DNA of 64,000 bases from Yuukianura sp. NJ FZ-2021 (taxonomy: Eukaryota), in contig CM102290.1 in NCBI GenBank assembly GCA_046563655.1, forward strand, positions 14,818,001 through 14,882,000, given 5' to 3'. Positions within the stretch are counted from its first letter, which is position 1. Each line of letters opens with the position of its first letter. Below, one piece after another: positions 53,201 to 64,000 of this stretch. The notes under the pieces were generated by a model. That model was not told the origin of the DNA. It saw only the letters and a list, made by a program, of their open reading frames with translations, and searched no databases. The position numbers were made by a program, and so were the translations under genes.

Positions 53201-56200
53201 ATTCCCTACACCAAAAATCAAAATTTTCAAAAAAACTCAAAAAATTTCGACAAAATCTTACATTGAAGAAGTTGCTGGGCTTTCTATCGCCAAACAAGCC
53301 CAAAATTTTCTTCTTTCCTTGGTTGTTTGAGTTTCCGAGAAGCCAGTCTCGAGCAATATTGAGTTGTGATTTACAAAATGTTGAGTAAGTATATGAAATG
53401 CGGAAGTAGGACTTGTGATGTGCTGGAAAGCGAGTGATGCACTCTTGCAGCGCTTTTATGCAGCGTCCAACGACTTTTCCAAACTTGACATCCTTGAAGT
53501 GCAACTCTTCCTCTGACACTGGAACAACTTCTGGTTCTTCACATTTTTCTGACTTATCAGCCGATGCGTCTCCCACTTTCTCAGTTGCAGATTTTTCTGA
53601 CTTGTCAGCTGATGCGTCTTCCACTTTTTTCTTCTCTTCAGCAACTCTTGCTGCCTCGGCCACTCTGAGTTCTCGCAGTTCATTTTCTCTGAGCATGTCT
53701 TGAAATACTGAGAGTCTGAAGGACGTTGGTTGTGCTGGATGCTGGATACTGGAATGATTTGAATCTTCGCTGGAAGTATCGCTGTCGGAAGTATCCGACG
53801 AAGTGGCAGTTGAGCACTGCGATGCTGAACTTTCAGAAGGTTTTTGTCGCTGTTCTTGCTCCACCAGTATCTCCACACGACCAATCATTTCATCTAGCAA
53901 AGACTTCACTTCCACAGTGATTTGCTACAAATAAGTCAGAATATCTTTTTAAAACTTTTTCAAAAAAAATCAAAATTTTTCGAAATTTACCTTATCCTGT
54001 TTCCTCTTTTTCGTTTCATTGGCAGATTCTGGTCGTTTTAGTTTCGATTGCATAAACGGACTCTGATTGGCTCGTTCTACATACGACAGCAGTTTGGCCT
54101 CCATCGCTGCATTGTAGTCATGCTTCTCTATGTAGTTGAGTATACTCGTATGAATTCTGTTCAAATTTCAAAAAAATTTCAAAATTTCAAAAAACTTTCA
54201 AAATTTTCAAAAAAAGTTGTTGATGACACTCACCTATAGAAAATCTCGAGTGCCTCAATGGCCAATTCCTGTGGCGAGTAATAGTTGATTTTCATAGGAT
54301 AAACAGCACCATGTTGATGCAAAAGTTGAGCCGCCATTTCATACTGGTCCAAAAATGCTTGCGGAGTATGGGGATCCAACTTCTCCAGTACTTTGCCCAG
54401 CATGTAATGGTGGATCCACAGTTCATCATGCTGGCCACCCTCAACGTCTTCCGCAATACTCGTTCTGGCTGCCGGTTCGAAGGATTTTACCGGTTCGAAG
54501 CATTTTACCGGTTCGAAGCATTTTGCTGCCGGTTCGAAACATTTTGCCGCTCTTTTCAAAAACTCTTCTTTTCTGGCCTCCACTTGCTCAAATTGGTCCA
54601 AACTGAGTTGATCCATGCTCTGTTTGAGCAGTCTGGAGCAGAACGAGTGCATTGAGTAGAGAAAGGATCCAAATTCGATACTTAATTTTGTGCTGGCAGG
54701 GTCAAGGTCAAGGGCATTCTGGAAGCACTTGACACAAACACTGCTCACGCCCATCACCTCCGTTATCGTAAAGTTCCCGCAGAAGTTGAGCAGCGTCGAT
54801 ATCCGCTCCGCTTTGGCCAAAGCGATTCCAGCCCACGAGTCAAACCGATTCGGATTCACGGCGAGGTCCCAGCAGTAATACTCCGTAGATTTCGTCCACT
54901 CTTTTATCTTGAAGTAGTGGTCACCCAGGAGATAAAAGATATCGCCAAACTTGCTATCGAATCCTTTATCCTTATCCAACCCCTTATCTCGTCCTGGAAG
55001 GGGCAGGGTATCAGTATCGCCGTTGAGACCCTTTTTCACTCCTTTATCTTCATCCTTATCGAACCCTTTATCTTGTTCTGGAATGGGCAGGACATCTGTA
55101 TCTCCGTTGAGATACTTTTTCAAATTGGCGAAATTTATCTCAGGCTTGTTCTGGATAAGAGTCACAATATGGAGGAACAAAGTGGCATCAAACTCTGAAA
55201 TGGAGTCGTAAGAGTCAAATTCCGGAAGGGCTTCTGGGCGATAGTAATCATAGAGATCTCTCGCGCGAGATAAGTCCATCTTGACATTAGTGTTTCCATG
55301 CTCGATAAGATATCGAAACTTGGATATCTTGGTGGGATGTCCATAGAGACAGTATATCGCTTGTTCGATACAGTGTCTTAAGTCTTCATGCTCTGAATAA
55401 TAGTCATTGGACACAAGAGGGAGGAGGGAATCCAGTATGTACTGGAGCAGTTTCCCTTTGTTCAAACTGCATTTTCCGTTTCTGCCGAGCTGCTCATGTG
55501 CAAACTGCAAAATTTGGATACTTGGCGGAGTTGTGTCTTCGTCAAAGTACAAAGCAGCATCTTCCTGTTCCAGCCGAAACAGTAAAGTGTGGAGGATACA
55601 CCACGGAGATATTGGCAGTATCGCTGGCAGTATCGAGCGATTATCCACCAGCAGCGTCACCATCCTTCTTATCGTTTCTTGCGTAAGGGCAATTGGAATC
55701 TTGTACTCTGGGATTTTCACACATCGCTTCAGCAGTAACACAGTTTTGTGCAGAATTTGGTTGTTGGCTGGCAGTTTGGCTGATTTGATGACATTGAGAC
55801 ATTCAGCGTGTGATTCAGCGTATCGCTGAAGTTGAAAATACGAATCTGCTAAATAGAAGCGATTCGTAAGATTATTTCCGCCTTCTGCTGTGGATTGTTC
55901 AAATTGAGCACAAAACGGAAGAATTTGGATCAACTCTTGGTAGTTTTTGGCTTCGTAGAGTTCTGTAATTCGATTAACGTTTTCTGTTCGTTGGATTAAG
56001 GCTAACTTGGTCCGCACGGAAGGAAGTGACAGGAGATTGTCAGTTTTAGTTGCAATTGTAATCTGCGTGTCTTCAGTCATCATTTCCTGGAGTTCTTCCA
56101 AGTAGAAACTGGCATTGGAGAATGGTGCTTGGCCAACCATGGCCAAACTCAGATTGTAGTTGGCCAGGAACCAGTGAAACCGAAACTTAAGTGTTGGATC

Positions 56201-58799
56201 ATCTATGACACGACACAGTTCGGACACTGTGAAGAGGGTAACATTAAATGTAGAGTCCACTTTGAGCTTGTCAATTGAAGCAAAAGTTTCTCGGTAGAGT
56301 TCCAGCATTAGGAGAGTAATTGTGCATTCCAGAGGTAGACTCTGCTGGATAAAGAAGTCACACGAGTAGGGATCTGGTTGTGGCACATGATTTCTGGAAA
56401 CAAAAAGTACAACAGAATTTTTAGTACTTTCATCAAAAATATGAAAAAAAAATATTTAAAAAAAAAATTAATAGTACCCTAAATGCTCGCATATACTTCG
56501 CACAATATCTGACGTTTTTCAACAAGAAATCGATTTTTATAAAATTTAACCTGTAGGTTATTAGATAAAAAATTTGACCTTGATAAGTTGTAAATTCTGA
56601 AAAGATTTTTTTGGGGGATTTTTTTTGTACAGCAGAGACATGGTAGAAAATTTTGCTCAATATAAAAAAAATCTGATGTATGTGATTTTAAATTTTGTTT
56701 TTCTTTTTCCACATTTCACGAATAGTGCCAAAATTAAGAACCTCGATTTCTCTATAAGACAAGATCATCATCTGGTTTAAAATGTTCCGCTTATAGTAAA
56801 GTTACTGCGTTGTATATGCGAGGATTTAGGGTAACTCGAAAAAATATAAAAATTTGAAGTTTCTAACCTATAAAGTGAGTAGAGCTGGATGAAGTTGGTT
56901 GCTAACTCTTGCGGCCATTCCCTATCGCTCAACTCAAGTAAAAACCGGGTAAAATGTATGATGAGATCCATCGTATTGCTAATTGAATGTTGAGTTATAA
57001 ACAGCATAACGTCCACCTTCTCCTCGTCAGTTCCAAAATAACTTTGAGTATTGGCACAAGTGGAGGACGTTAGAGATGGAATCGTCAGAAACGATGATGA
57101 AAGCTGGCTAACTTCCTTTTCTGACTCAGCCATATCTGTATCCCTGAAAACGAAAAGAATCGTTTTAAAATTTTTGGATTTCCCGCCGTTTTGGCCAAAT
57201 TTTCATTTAAGATTTTTAAAAAAGTTGTTTTTAGTACTTACAGTAAAGTCTTGGGAATAATACTGGCCAGTCTCGTTGCAAAATCGGCTTCTTTGGTAGA
57301 GCGAGTAGAACTGGCAGCAGCAGAAAAGAGGTGACCACGCACACGCTGAGATCGTCGCTTCCCTTCGATCTGCCACCATTTCACATCTCGCTTCTTCTTC
57401 TTCCGGTTCTCCTCCTCTTCTTGCTCTTTCTCATTCATCTGTGATTCGTCTCCCGATTTATCTCCGTTACACAAAACTAACAAAGTGAATTAATTAAAAT
57501 TAAGATTAATTAAATACAAATATAGAATGTTAATTCAAACTCACCACTTCCAGCAGCTCCACTGTCACCGTCACCTTGGTTACCGTCAACTCCACTTTCG
57601 TTTTCTGTGTCTCGGGGAGCTTGAGATTCTGGAGCGGGGCTCTGCAGATTGACATCACTTGTGTCTCCAGAATCTGAAGAATCAAGTCTAAGGTCAACTT
57701 GACGCAGCAGAGCCTAAAAATACACAAAGATAAAGATAAGAGATAATAAGGATAAAGATAGTGCCAAGAATCATGTGACTTACTTTATCTCTCTTGGCAT
57801 CCGAGTAGAGAAGAATCAGAACTCGGCACAGTTCGCTAAACGACGTCACTTTCATCTTGTGTCTGCAAATATAAGGAGTTGCCGCCTCTTCCTTCTCTTT
57901 TCTCCGACTTTGTTCGGCCTTTTCCGTTTGGATTCTGAGAAGATTCCTGACTTCGAGCAAGTACTTTTGTTGCCAATCTTTAGAATACTTGGACTCAGTG
58001 GCCAGTATACTCCACTCAGAAATGACGTCTTCCTTGATTGAAGGCTGAAGTTGGAAGATGTGATCACGAAAGACAAAGCCACGGATGAAGCCAGGATCCT
58101 TGGACAGGCCAAGGGCACAGTACTCCAGACAAGTTCGGCTGTCGAAGAGGACGTAGGACAAAGTGATGAGGTTCTCCAGACATCCCCAGTGGTTAGAATT
58201 GGTCTCAAAACCTTGAGCAAAAGCGTAGAAGGCCAACTCCAGTTCCACTGTTTTGATGGCAACTTGACCCAAACGATACCAAAGAGTGACATTGCCAGGG
58301 TCAAGGTGCAGCGCCATCTTAAACACTTTGACAGCCTCAGTTGGATTGGGATCCAAAGAGTAGTAAATTGAACTCAGAGTCTTCAGACATCCCAACTTGA
58401 TTTGTAATTGGACAGGCGTACAAGTCTTGGACTCATCTTCCTACAAGCACACAAGTCTGATTACTTTGTTAGGTAAGACATAAGACAGGAGTAATCGATT
58501 AGTTGATTGACTGACCTCGAAGAATGGAAGGTCAAGTATCGTTTCGATAGTGGTGACAGCCTCACGATACTGTCCAGTAGCAACGAGCTCAAATGAGCTG
58601 TTGTATAACTCCATTGCCTCTTGTTCCTATCATAAATCAAAACATTTTTAGTAATCAATTAATCAATCAATTAATTCATTGAATTCCCAAATGTCAATCT
58701 CACCTGAACTTCTCGTGTGGGTTTCCGAACGTTGACTCCTCCATCAGACTCATCGTCACTCACGTTACCGTCTTCATTCAAAGCTCTTATGCGAATCAT
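50222..58799 (-). CDS. CABIN1: Calcineurin-binding protein CABIN1 (HIRA-complex TPR subunit), 12 exons: 58799-58704, 58626-58516, 58440-57784, 57713-57545, 57476-57242, 57143-56868, 56393-54234, 54156-53991, 53924-53262, 53205-52822, 52644-50508, 50403-50222
   Basis: N-terminus MIRIRALN; TPRs (DPGNVTLWYRLG, NHWGCLENLITLSY); [88 protein letters not shown]; long low-complexity C-terminus. Confidence 0.93.
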
Positions 58800-59702
58800 G
58801 ATTAGTAGTTAGAATGTTCTTGATCTCTTTATCTGATTCCTCTCTGTGCAGGACAGAAACTGACTAAATAATCGTTTCAAGTTGTCTGGTCCATGGACTC
58901 GATTACTAATTGGCCAACGATTACTAATCGATTACTAAAAGTAAAAGTTTCATAACATCCTGTTCATCTGTAATGAAAAAAAAACGTTAGTATTAAAATT
59001 TGGTTCGCTCCTTGTGGAATCTAATCTACTTTTTTGGCTTTACCTTTTACAAAAACATGTTGACTATGTTGAAATGTTGACCTCTAGCAGAACAAGGTCA
59101 CCAAGTATAAAGTTGGCAAACTCAACCTTTAGTTGGCAGTACTGTGTACTGTCGTACTGCAAGTACTGTCACTTCGACGATACTGGAGCACCCAACACTT
59201 GACAGCTTTATGTCACTGTACCGCTCTACTCAGCAGCTGATAGGCAGAGTAGCGGGATAATTCCCTGAGTGGCGGGAAAAGATAAGAGAGATAATAGATA
59301 AAAAGAGATAAACTTACTACAAAGAAAAAGATAAAATGAGAGCGTAGAGAGGAAGAGACTCGATGTTACAAGTGCTTAGAATTAAGGTTAAACTGAAACA
59401 ATTAACTGGAAACTTATAAACTGTAGTGCAGAATATATTTTAATGGTAAGAAAATTAATATGTCAATTATTATTTTAATTATATTAATAAAATTTTATGT
59501 TATGCCCAACAGTACTTTTGAGGGTGGTATGATTTGGTTTGACTAAAACTTTTTTGGCGGGAAAAAAATTCAAATTGTCACAAACTATTTATGTATTGGC
59601 TGACGATCAAATAAACATTGACATTAGATTGCACGGATAAAATGGATCAAGATCTTAACTAATTTTCGTTTCTAATTAATTCGATTACTTAAATTAAGAT
59701 TA

Positions 59703-59759
59703 ATCGATACTCAAGCGATCCTTCCTCTCTATCGATACTCAAGCGATCCTTCCTCTCTA
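59703..59759. repeat. 28-bp perfect tandem duplication creating a DRE motif (TATCGATA at 59730-59737)
   Basis: atcgatactcaagcgatccttcctctct x2, upstream of CABIN1. Confidence 0.8.
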
Positions 59760-60789
59760 CGGGACATCGACATTGATATCTGTCGACCATCAGCAGATTC
59801 CTACCTTCGGATAATCAGAAGCCCACGTTAAAATCAAGCCAGTCGTAAGTTGGCAACGATTAATTAAGTTCTTAGCCTAATTAATTGTACAGGTTGAGAT
59901 TTTTGATGTTTTTATTGAATTGAATTAGGCCATGTCCAACATAAATAGCTTTTCAAAATGTCGGTTCCTCCAAATAGTAATTTCACTGTTCAAATGGAAC
60001 ATTCCAGGAAAATGTACCTTTCCGATACATTTGCATTACATTACACAAAAAGTACCCACATCCCATCAATCATAAGCTCTTACATTTAACACTACATTTT
60101 AAATGAAATGGATAGATTAACTACGCCACATTACTAATCAACACCTTCCAGCATCATAATTGCTCTACCCGGGTTTTTACCATGAGTATTTCATCTCTTT
60201 CAGTCCGTCACAGATCAGTTGACATTTGACATTCCACAAGAAAATGTGCTTAGTAAATGATACTAACTTTTCGTGTTTTTGCAGATAAAGAACTAAAAGT
60301 GTTGAAGCAGTTGATCTAAACTCTACTCTAAGTCATGCCTGCTACATAAAAGGTAGGGTGAAATCCAATTTCAAAATGTTAAGATAGCCGACCTACTGCT
60401 ATAGGATTTGAATCAAGGTCAAATCAGAGCAATATTGTGAATGTGCTCGTTTTTAGGATTTGTGCTGGCTGACTATCGACAACAAGAGTTCCATACAAGA
60501 TCGGTGTCACAACGATCGTCACATTCCGCCAGGCTTGTGCAAAAAGCTGCAACGAACTTGTTGGAATCAGAACGATTAGTTCAATTAATCGATTAATTCA
60601 CTCGGTGAGTCCAATGTTGTATGAAATTCTTGGTGGACCGACGTCTGAAAAGTGTGATATTGCTTTAGGTGAATTTGATTTAGCTCAGTTCCATGTAGCA
60701 TGAGTGACTACAAGAAGGAGCTAATGGTTCGTATAAGTGAGTAAATGTTCCGAAGGTGACATGCTCCGAACGTGAAATGTTCCGAATGT

Positions 60790-63700
60790 TTAGTATCCCA
60801 GGAGTGGGTCATAAGTTCGTGAGTAGAGTGACTCGTAGCTCCTGGAGTGGATCGGCATGGAGAGTGGCATGGGATCATACGTGCGTGGAATGAGATGTTC
60901 GTAGGGCAGAGTCTTGGACTGGACGACTGGCAGAGTTGCTGCCTGAGATCTGGCCAGTGACATGACCACTTTCTTGTGGGACAAGTCAGTCCGCATGTCA
61001 CGAGTCTCTCGATCCGCTTGTTCCTTCAACTGAAATTAGAACGAAGTTTATAGTTAATTAGACAACTAATTAGTTAATTAACCAAGGTTGGATTAATTGG
61101 ACTTTACCTTGACCTCGGATTCCAGGCGGAGTTTAGCTGCCTTGACCTTTTGCTGGAGCTCCTTGATTTCATGCTGAAGTCTGGCTGCCATTATTTTGTA
61201 ATTTGCCTACAAAAAGTAATAACAAGGAAGAAACAAGGTCAATTGGTCTGTGACTTTGTAGATTTGAGCAGGATAAGCCTTAATTCCTTTTGTCATACTT
61301 TCTTGGACGGACCATCGCGCAGACGCAGTGGCAAGTCACGTCCTTCCAAGTGAGCCAAAAGTCGTCTATGGACGGTGTTCAGTTCAGCTCGTAGTGAGTT
61401 GCAGGAAGCTTCAATTGGACGAGTCATGGCAGACTCCTCAATGTACTTCTTGTGCCAAAATTCATGTCGCTGATTCAAAAAAAATGAAATTTTCAAATTC
61501 TGACAGTTTTTTTTTTTTTGAAAATTTTGTTACCCGAGTAATTTTTTCACGTTTCTCCTTGATGCGAGTCTGAAGGTCGTTTGCTCTTTGAACGAGGTCA
61601 GCTCGTCGCAGTTCAGCGTCGTGACGAAGTTGGACATTTTCTGTAATTTCTCTCAAGATTTTATCTCCTGCAAAGAAAAATTATGAGTTATGTTAAATTT
61701 TGACATGCCAACCTGATGGTTAGGTAAACCTAGCCTAAATTTCCAGAAAAAAGTTAGCCTACTCTAGCCTAATCTATGACGAGTGGAGCCTTACGCGGGT
61801 CACCTATGGATTTATTTTTAGTTAGTGGCATTTGCTCAGCCTTTTTTATGAGGATCGGCATAGACTGTTGGCCAGCCGGCACAGACTGTTGCAGAACCGG
61901 CACAGACTGTTGGAAAACCGGCACAGACTGTTGAAAAACAGTCGCAGACTGTGGTGGTTTGAATTCCAATGTATAGCCGTGACTAAAATCGGAGTGTACC
62001 GTTTGAACACTTTTGTCAAACATTTGAACAGCCCCGGTTTCCCGGACACGAAAAGAGTAGTAGTAGCCATGCTCAGTTCCACTCCACGAAGATCCTGACA
62101 CTGATGCTGGAGACTGTTGTGACCCTGACCTACTGGGGTCATGTGACGACGAAGGGTCAGGGGGGCCCTTATCAAAAAATATCGTTGGGAGTGGAACGGA
62201 ACTGGCAGAAGTCGGGAGCGGAAGTGTTTTGAACGGGGAACGCCGAGTGAGCACTCGGGCGACTGGAATTGACGTTTGACTTGCGATCAGCTGATCGGCT
62301 GCTATTAGTCTCGGACTGGGATTATTAACATAGTAGTTGCTGGAGTCCAGATCTGGAAGAGAGTGACTGATCTGTCTCAGTTTCTCCAGTTGGAGGTCAA
62401 TCAAGGTCGTGACCTCTTCTGGAGGTGCCCGAGGTCGTGTCAAGGTCAGTTCTTCAACTCCTTCTGGAAGTGACTCAAGTAGAGGATGGACACTATGCTT
62501 TTTGGAATGGTGGTGAACTTTAGTAACTGACTTTTGAATGTACTTTTGAATTCGCTCTTCGATGTAAACGCGCCGTTTCTCCCGTGCGAGAGCCTGCCGA
62601 GCTAAAGTTACTTTGTTGAGTCGTTGGGGGTAGTTGGACGGTCGACGTGGATTGGGATACACAAGACGTTTCGGTTTTCTCCCGCTCCGAACTCTCCCGC
62701 TTCCCGGACGGGGAGACGATGTGTGACCTTGACCTGGACTTGACCTTTCCCCAAAAGTCAACTCCTCTTCTTGCCTGGATTTAGATTTTCTGTGTGTGCC
62801 AGAATCTATTTGGGTTTGAGTCTGAAACTCGCGGGAAATTCGTTGACGATTTTCTTCTTCAACGTTAGACCGACCATTTTCTTCTTCAACGTTTTCCCGA
62901 CGATTTTCTTCTTCAACGTTTTGCCGACGATTTTCTTCTTCAACGTTTGACCGACGATTTTCTTCTTCAACGTTTTGCCGACGATTTTCTTCTTCAACGT
63001 TTTGCCGACGATTTTCTTCTTCAACTTTCTGGTTGGCGATTTTCTTCTTCAACGTCTGGTTGACGATTTTCTTCTTGTTTGACGTTTTCCTGACGATATT
63101 CATGTTCAACGTCATCATCATGACGAAAATCATGACGATTTTCGCCGTCATGGACGTTTTGAAGACTCTCGTGTTCATGGATGTTTACATTTTCTAGTTT
63201 GATATCGTATTGAGTATTAGAGGGATTTTCAATTTCGGTTCCGTACTCGTTTTCGTTATCTAAGTTGGGATATTTTTGTTGAATTCCGTCGTTCGTAGTT
63301 CGGTATTCCGTTGGATCCAGATCTCGGTATTCGGTATTTTCAGTTTCGGAAAAATCGTATTGATGATCGTGTTCTGTTGACAAATCGACTGTATCCTGGC
63401 TTTGATTTTCTAGAAAACGATTTTCTGCCGCAATATTTTCTGAAGAATGATTTTCTGTTTCGAGTTTGGAAGATTTTAGTTTTTCGATTTCTGTTTCTGT
63501 ATTTTGTTCAGTCTGTGCCACACTGTGAATGTGAGAGTCGTCTGAAATGTGGTCCTGCTGAGTACGTCCATAGTCCGCCTCTTCATAAGTTTCAAAGTCT
63601 TGTTCATAGTCAAAGGGCTGGTCATGGTCAGCAGTTCGTCTGCCCATGTCAGCTGATTCGTCACCCCCAACATGAATGACAGTTTCGGGTGACGAAGGGC

Positions 63701-64000
63701 TCTCGGTGTAGCGACTGTCAAAGGACTCTGCATGTGCGAGCCCACGACTAGCAGAGTCCACATCTCGTTCGACTTGAATCGGAATGTCACGACTCGGAAA
63801 TTCTTGTGGTGACCTTGACCTTTGGTCAACGGAATTTGAAATGCGATGTATCCTGACTATTTCCTTTTCCTCGTCTCTGATTGGCGTAGAGTCAGATGCT
63901 CTTGAGTAGGTTGAGATCAGTTCGTCGTTGGTGATGGACGAGTGACAGTCGGGGCAGTAGTTTGTGGTGGATTTGGATGATCTGGAGGTGGACACAGAGT
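60790..64000 (-). CDS. SPATA1: SPATA1-like protein, 3' part: large exon from beyond 64000 to about 61795 (frameshifted near 63027), then 61667-61534, 61469-61299, 61206-61108, 61029-60790
   Basis: The C-terminal exons encode RHEFWHKKYIEE..LRAELNTVHRRLLAHLEGRD..NYKIMAARLQHEIKELQQKVKAAKLRLESEVKLKEQA..MRTDLSHKK, resembling the SPATA1 C-terminal coiled-coil domain. The upstream region is acidic and disordered. Confidence 0.7.
62846..63080 (-). repeat. 27-bp coding minisatellite (VEEENRRQN, about 8 units)
   Basis: cgattttcttcttcaacgttttgccga repeated on the + strand. Confidence 0.9.

Noticed and set aside
50540..58371. Many plus-strand ORFs overlapping CABIN1
   Set aside because: Antisense shadows of long coding exons, with no independent evidence.

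Overview
Compact, intron-rich eukaryotic DNA from an arthropod. A hexapod or close pancrustacean is inferred from the insect-type head-to-head secreted ferritin pair, a huckebein gene and insect-type PMCA splice-site-C exons; the species cannot be named. Genes in order: alternatively spliced 3' end of PMCA (+); BCR/ABR-type RhoGEF-RhoGAP (+); VKOR (-) head-to-head with mitochondrial Hsp70 (+); huckebein (+); COP1 (+); ferritin HCH (-) head-to-head with ferritin LCH (+, one GC-AG intron); LSM14/Tral (+); SMIM15 (+); NDUFAF2 (-); CABIN1 (-); and the 3' part of a SPATA1-like gene (-) whose large exon carries a 1-nt frameshift. Exons were placed by hand from GT/GC-AG sites and frame continuity. 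Family calls come from remembered motifs, not database searches. The non-coding DNA has a striking texture: 50-300 bp patches of one short motif in both orientations (TGACCT, AAGGGCCC, GATA, ACGT, CAGCTG, TTTACG, TTAGG, AGCGAT), many 50-160 bp fold-back elements and phased A/T tracts. I found no CRISPR array, rRNA or autonomous transposon. I cannot demonstrate a new biological system. The best leads are the motif-patch texture, the hkb-flanking palindrome field, a duplicated perfect ecdysone-response-type module, a possible extra PMCA microexon and the SPATA1-like frameshift.
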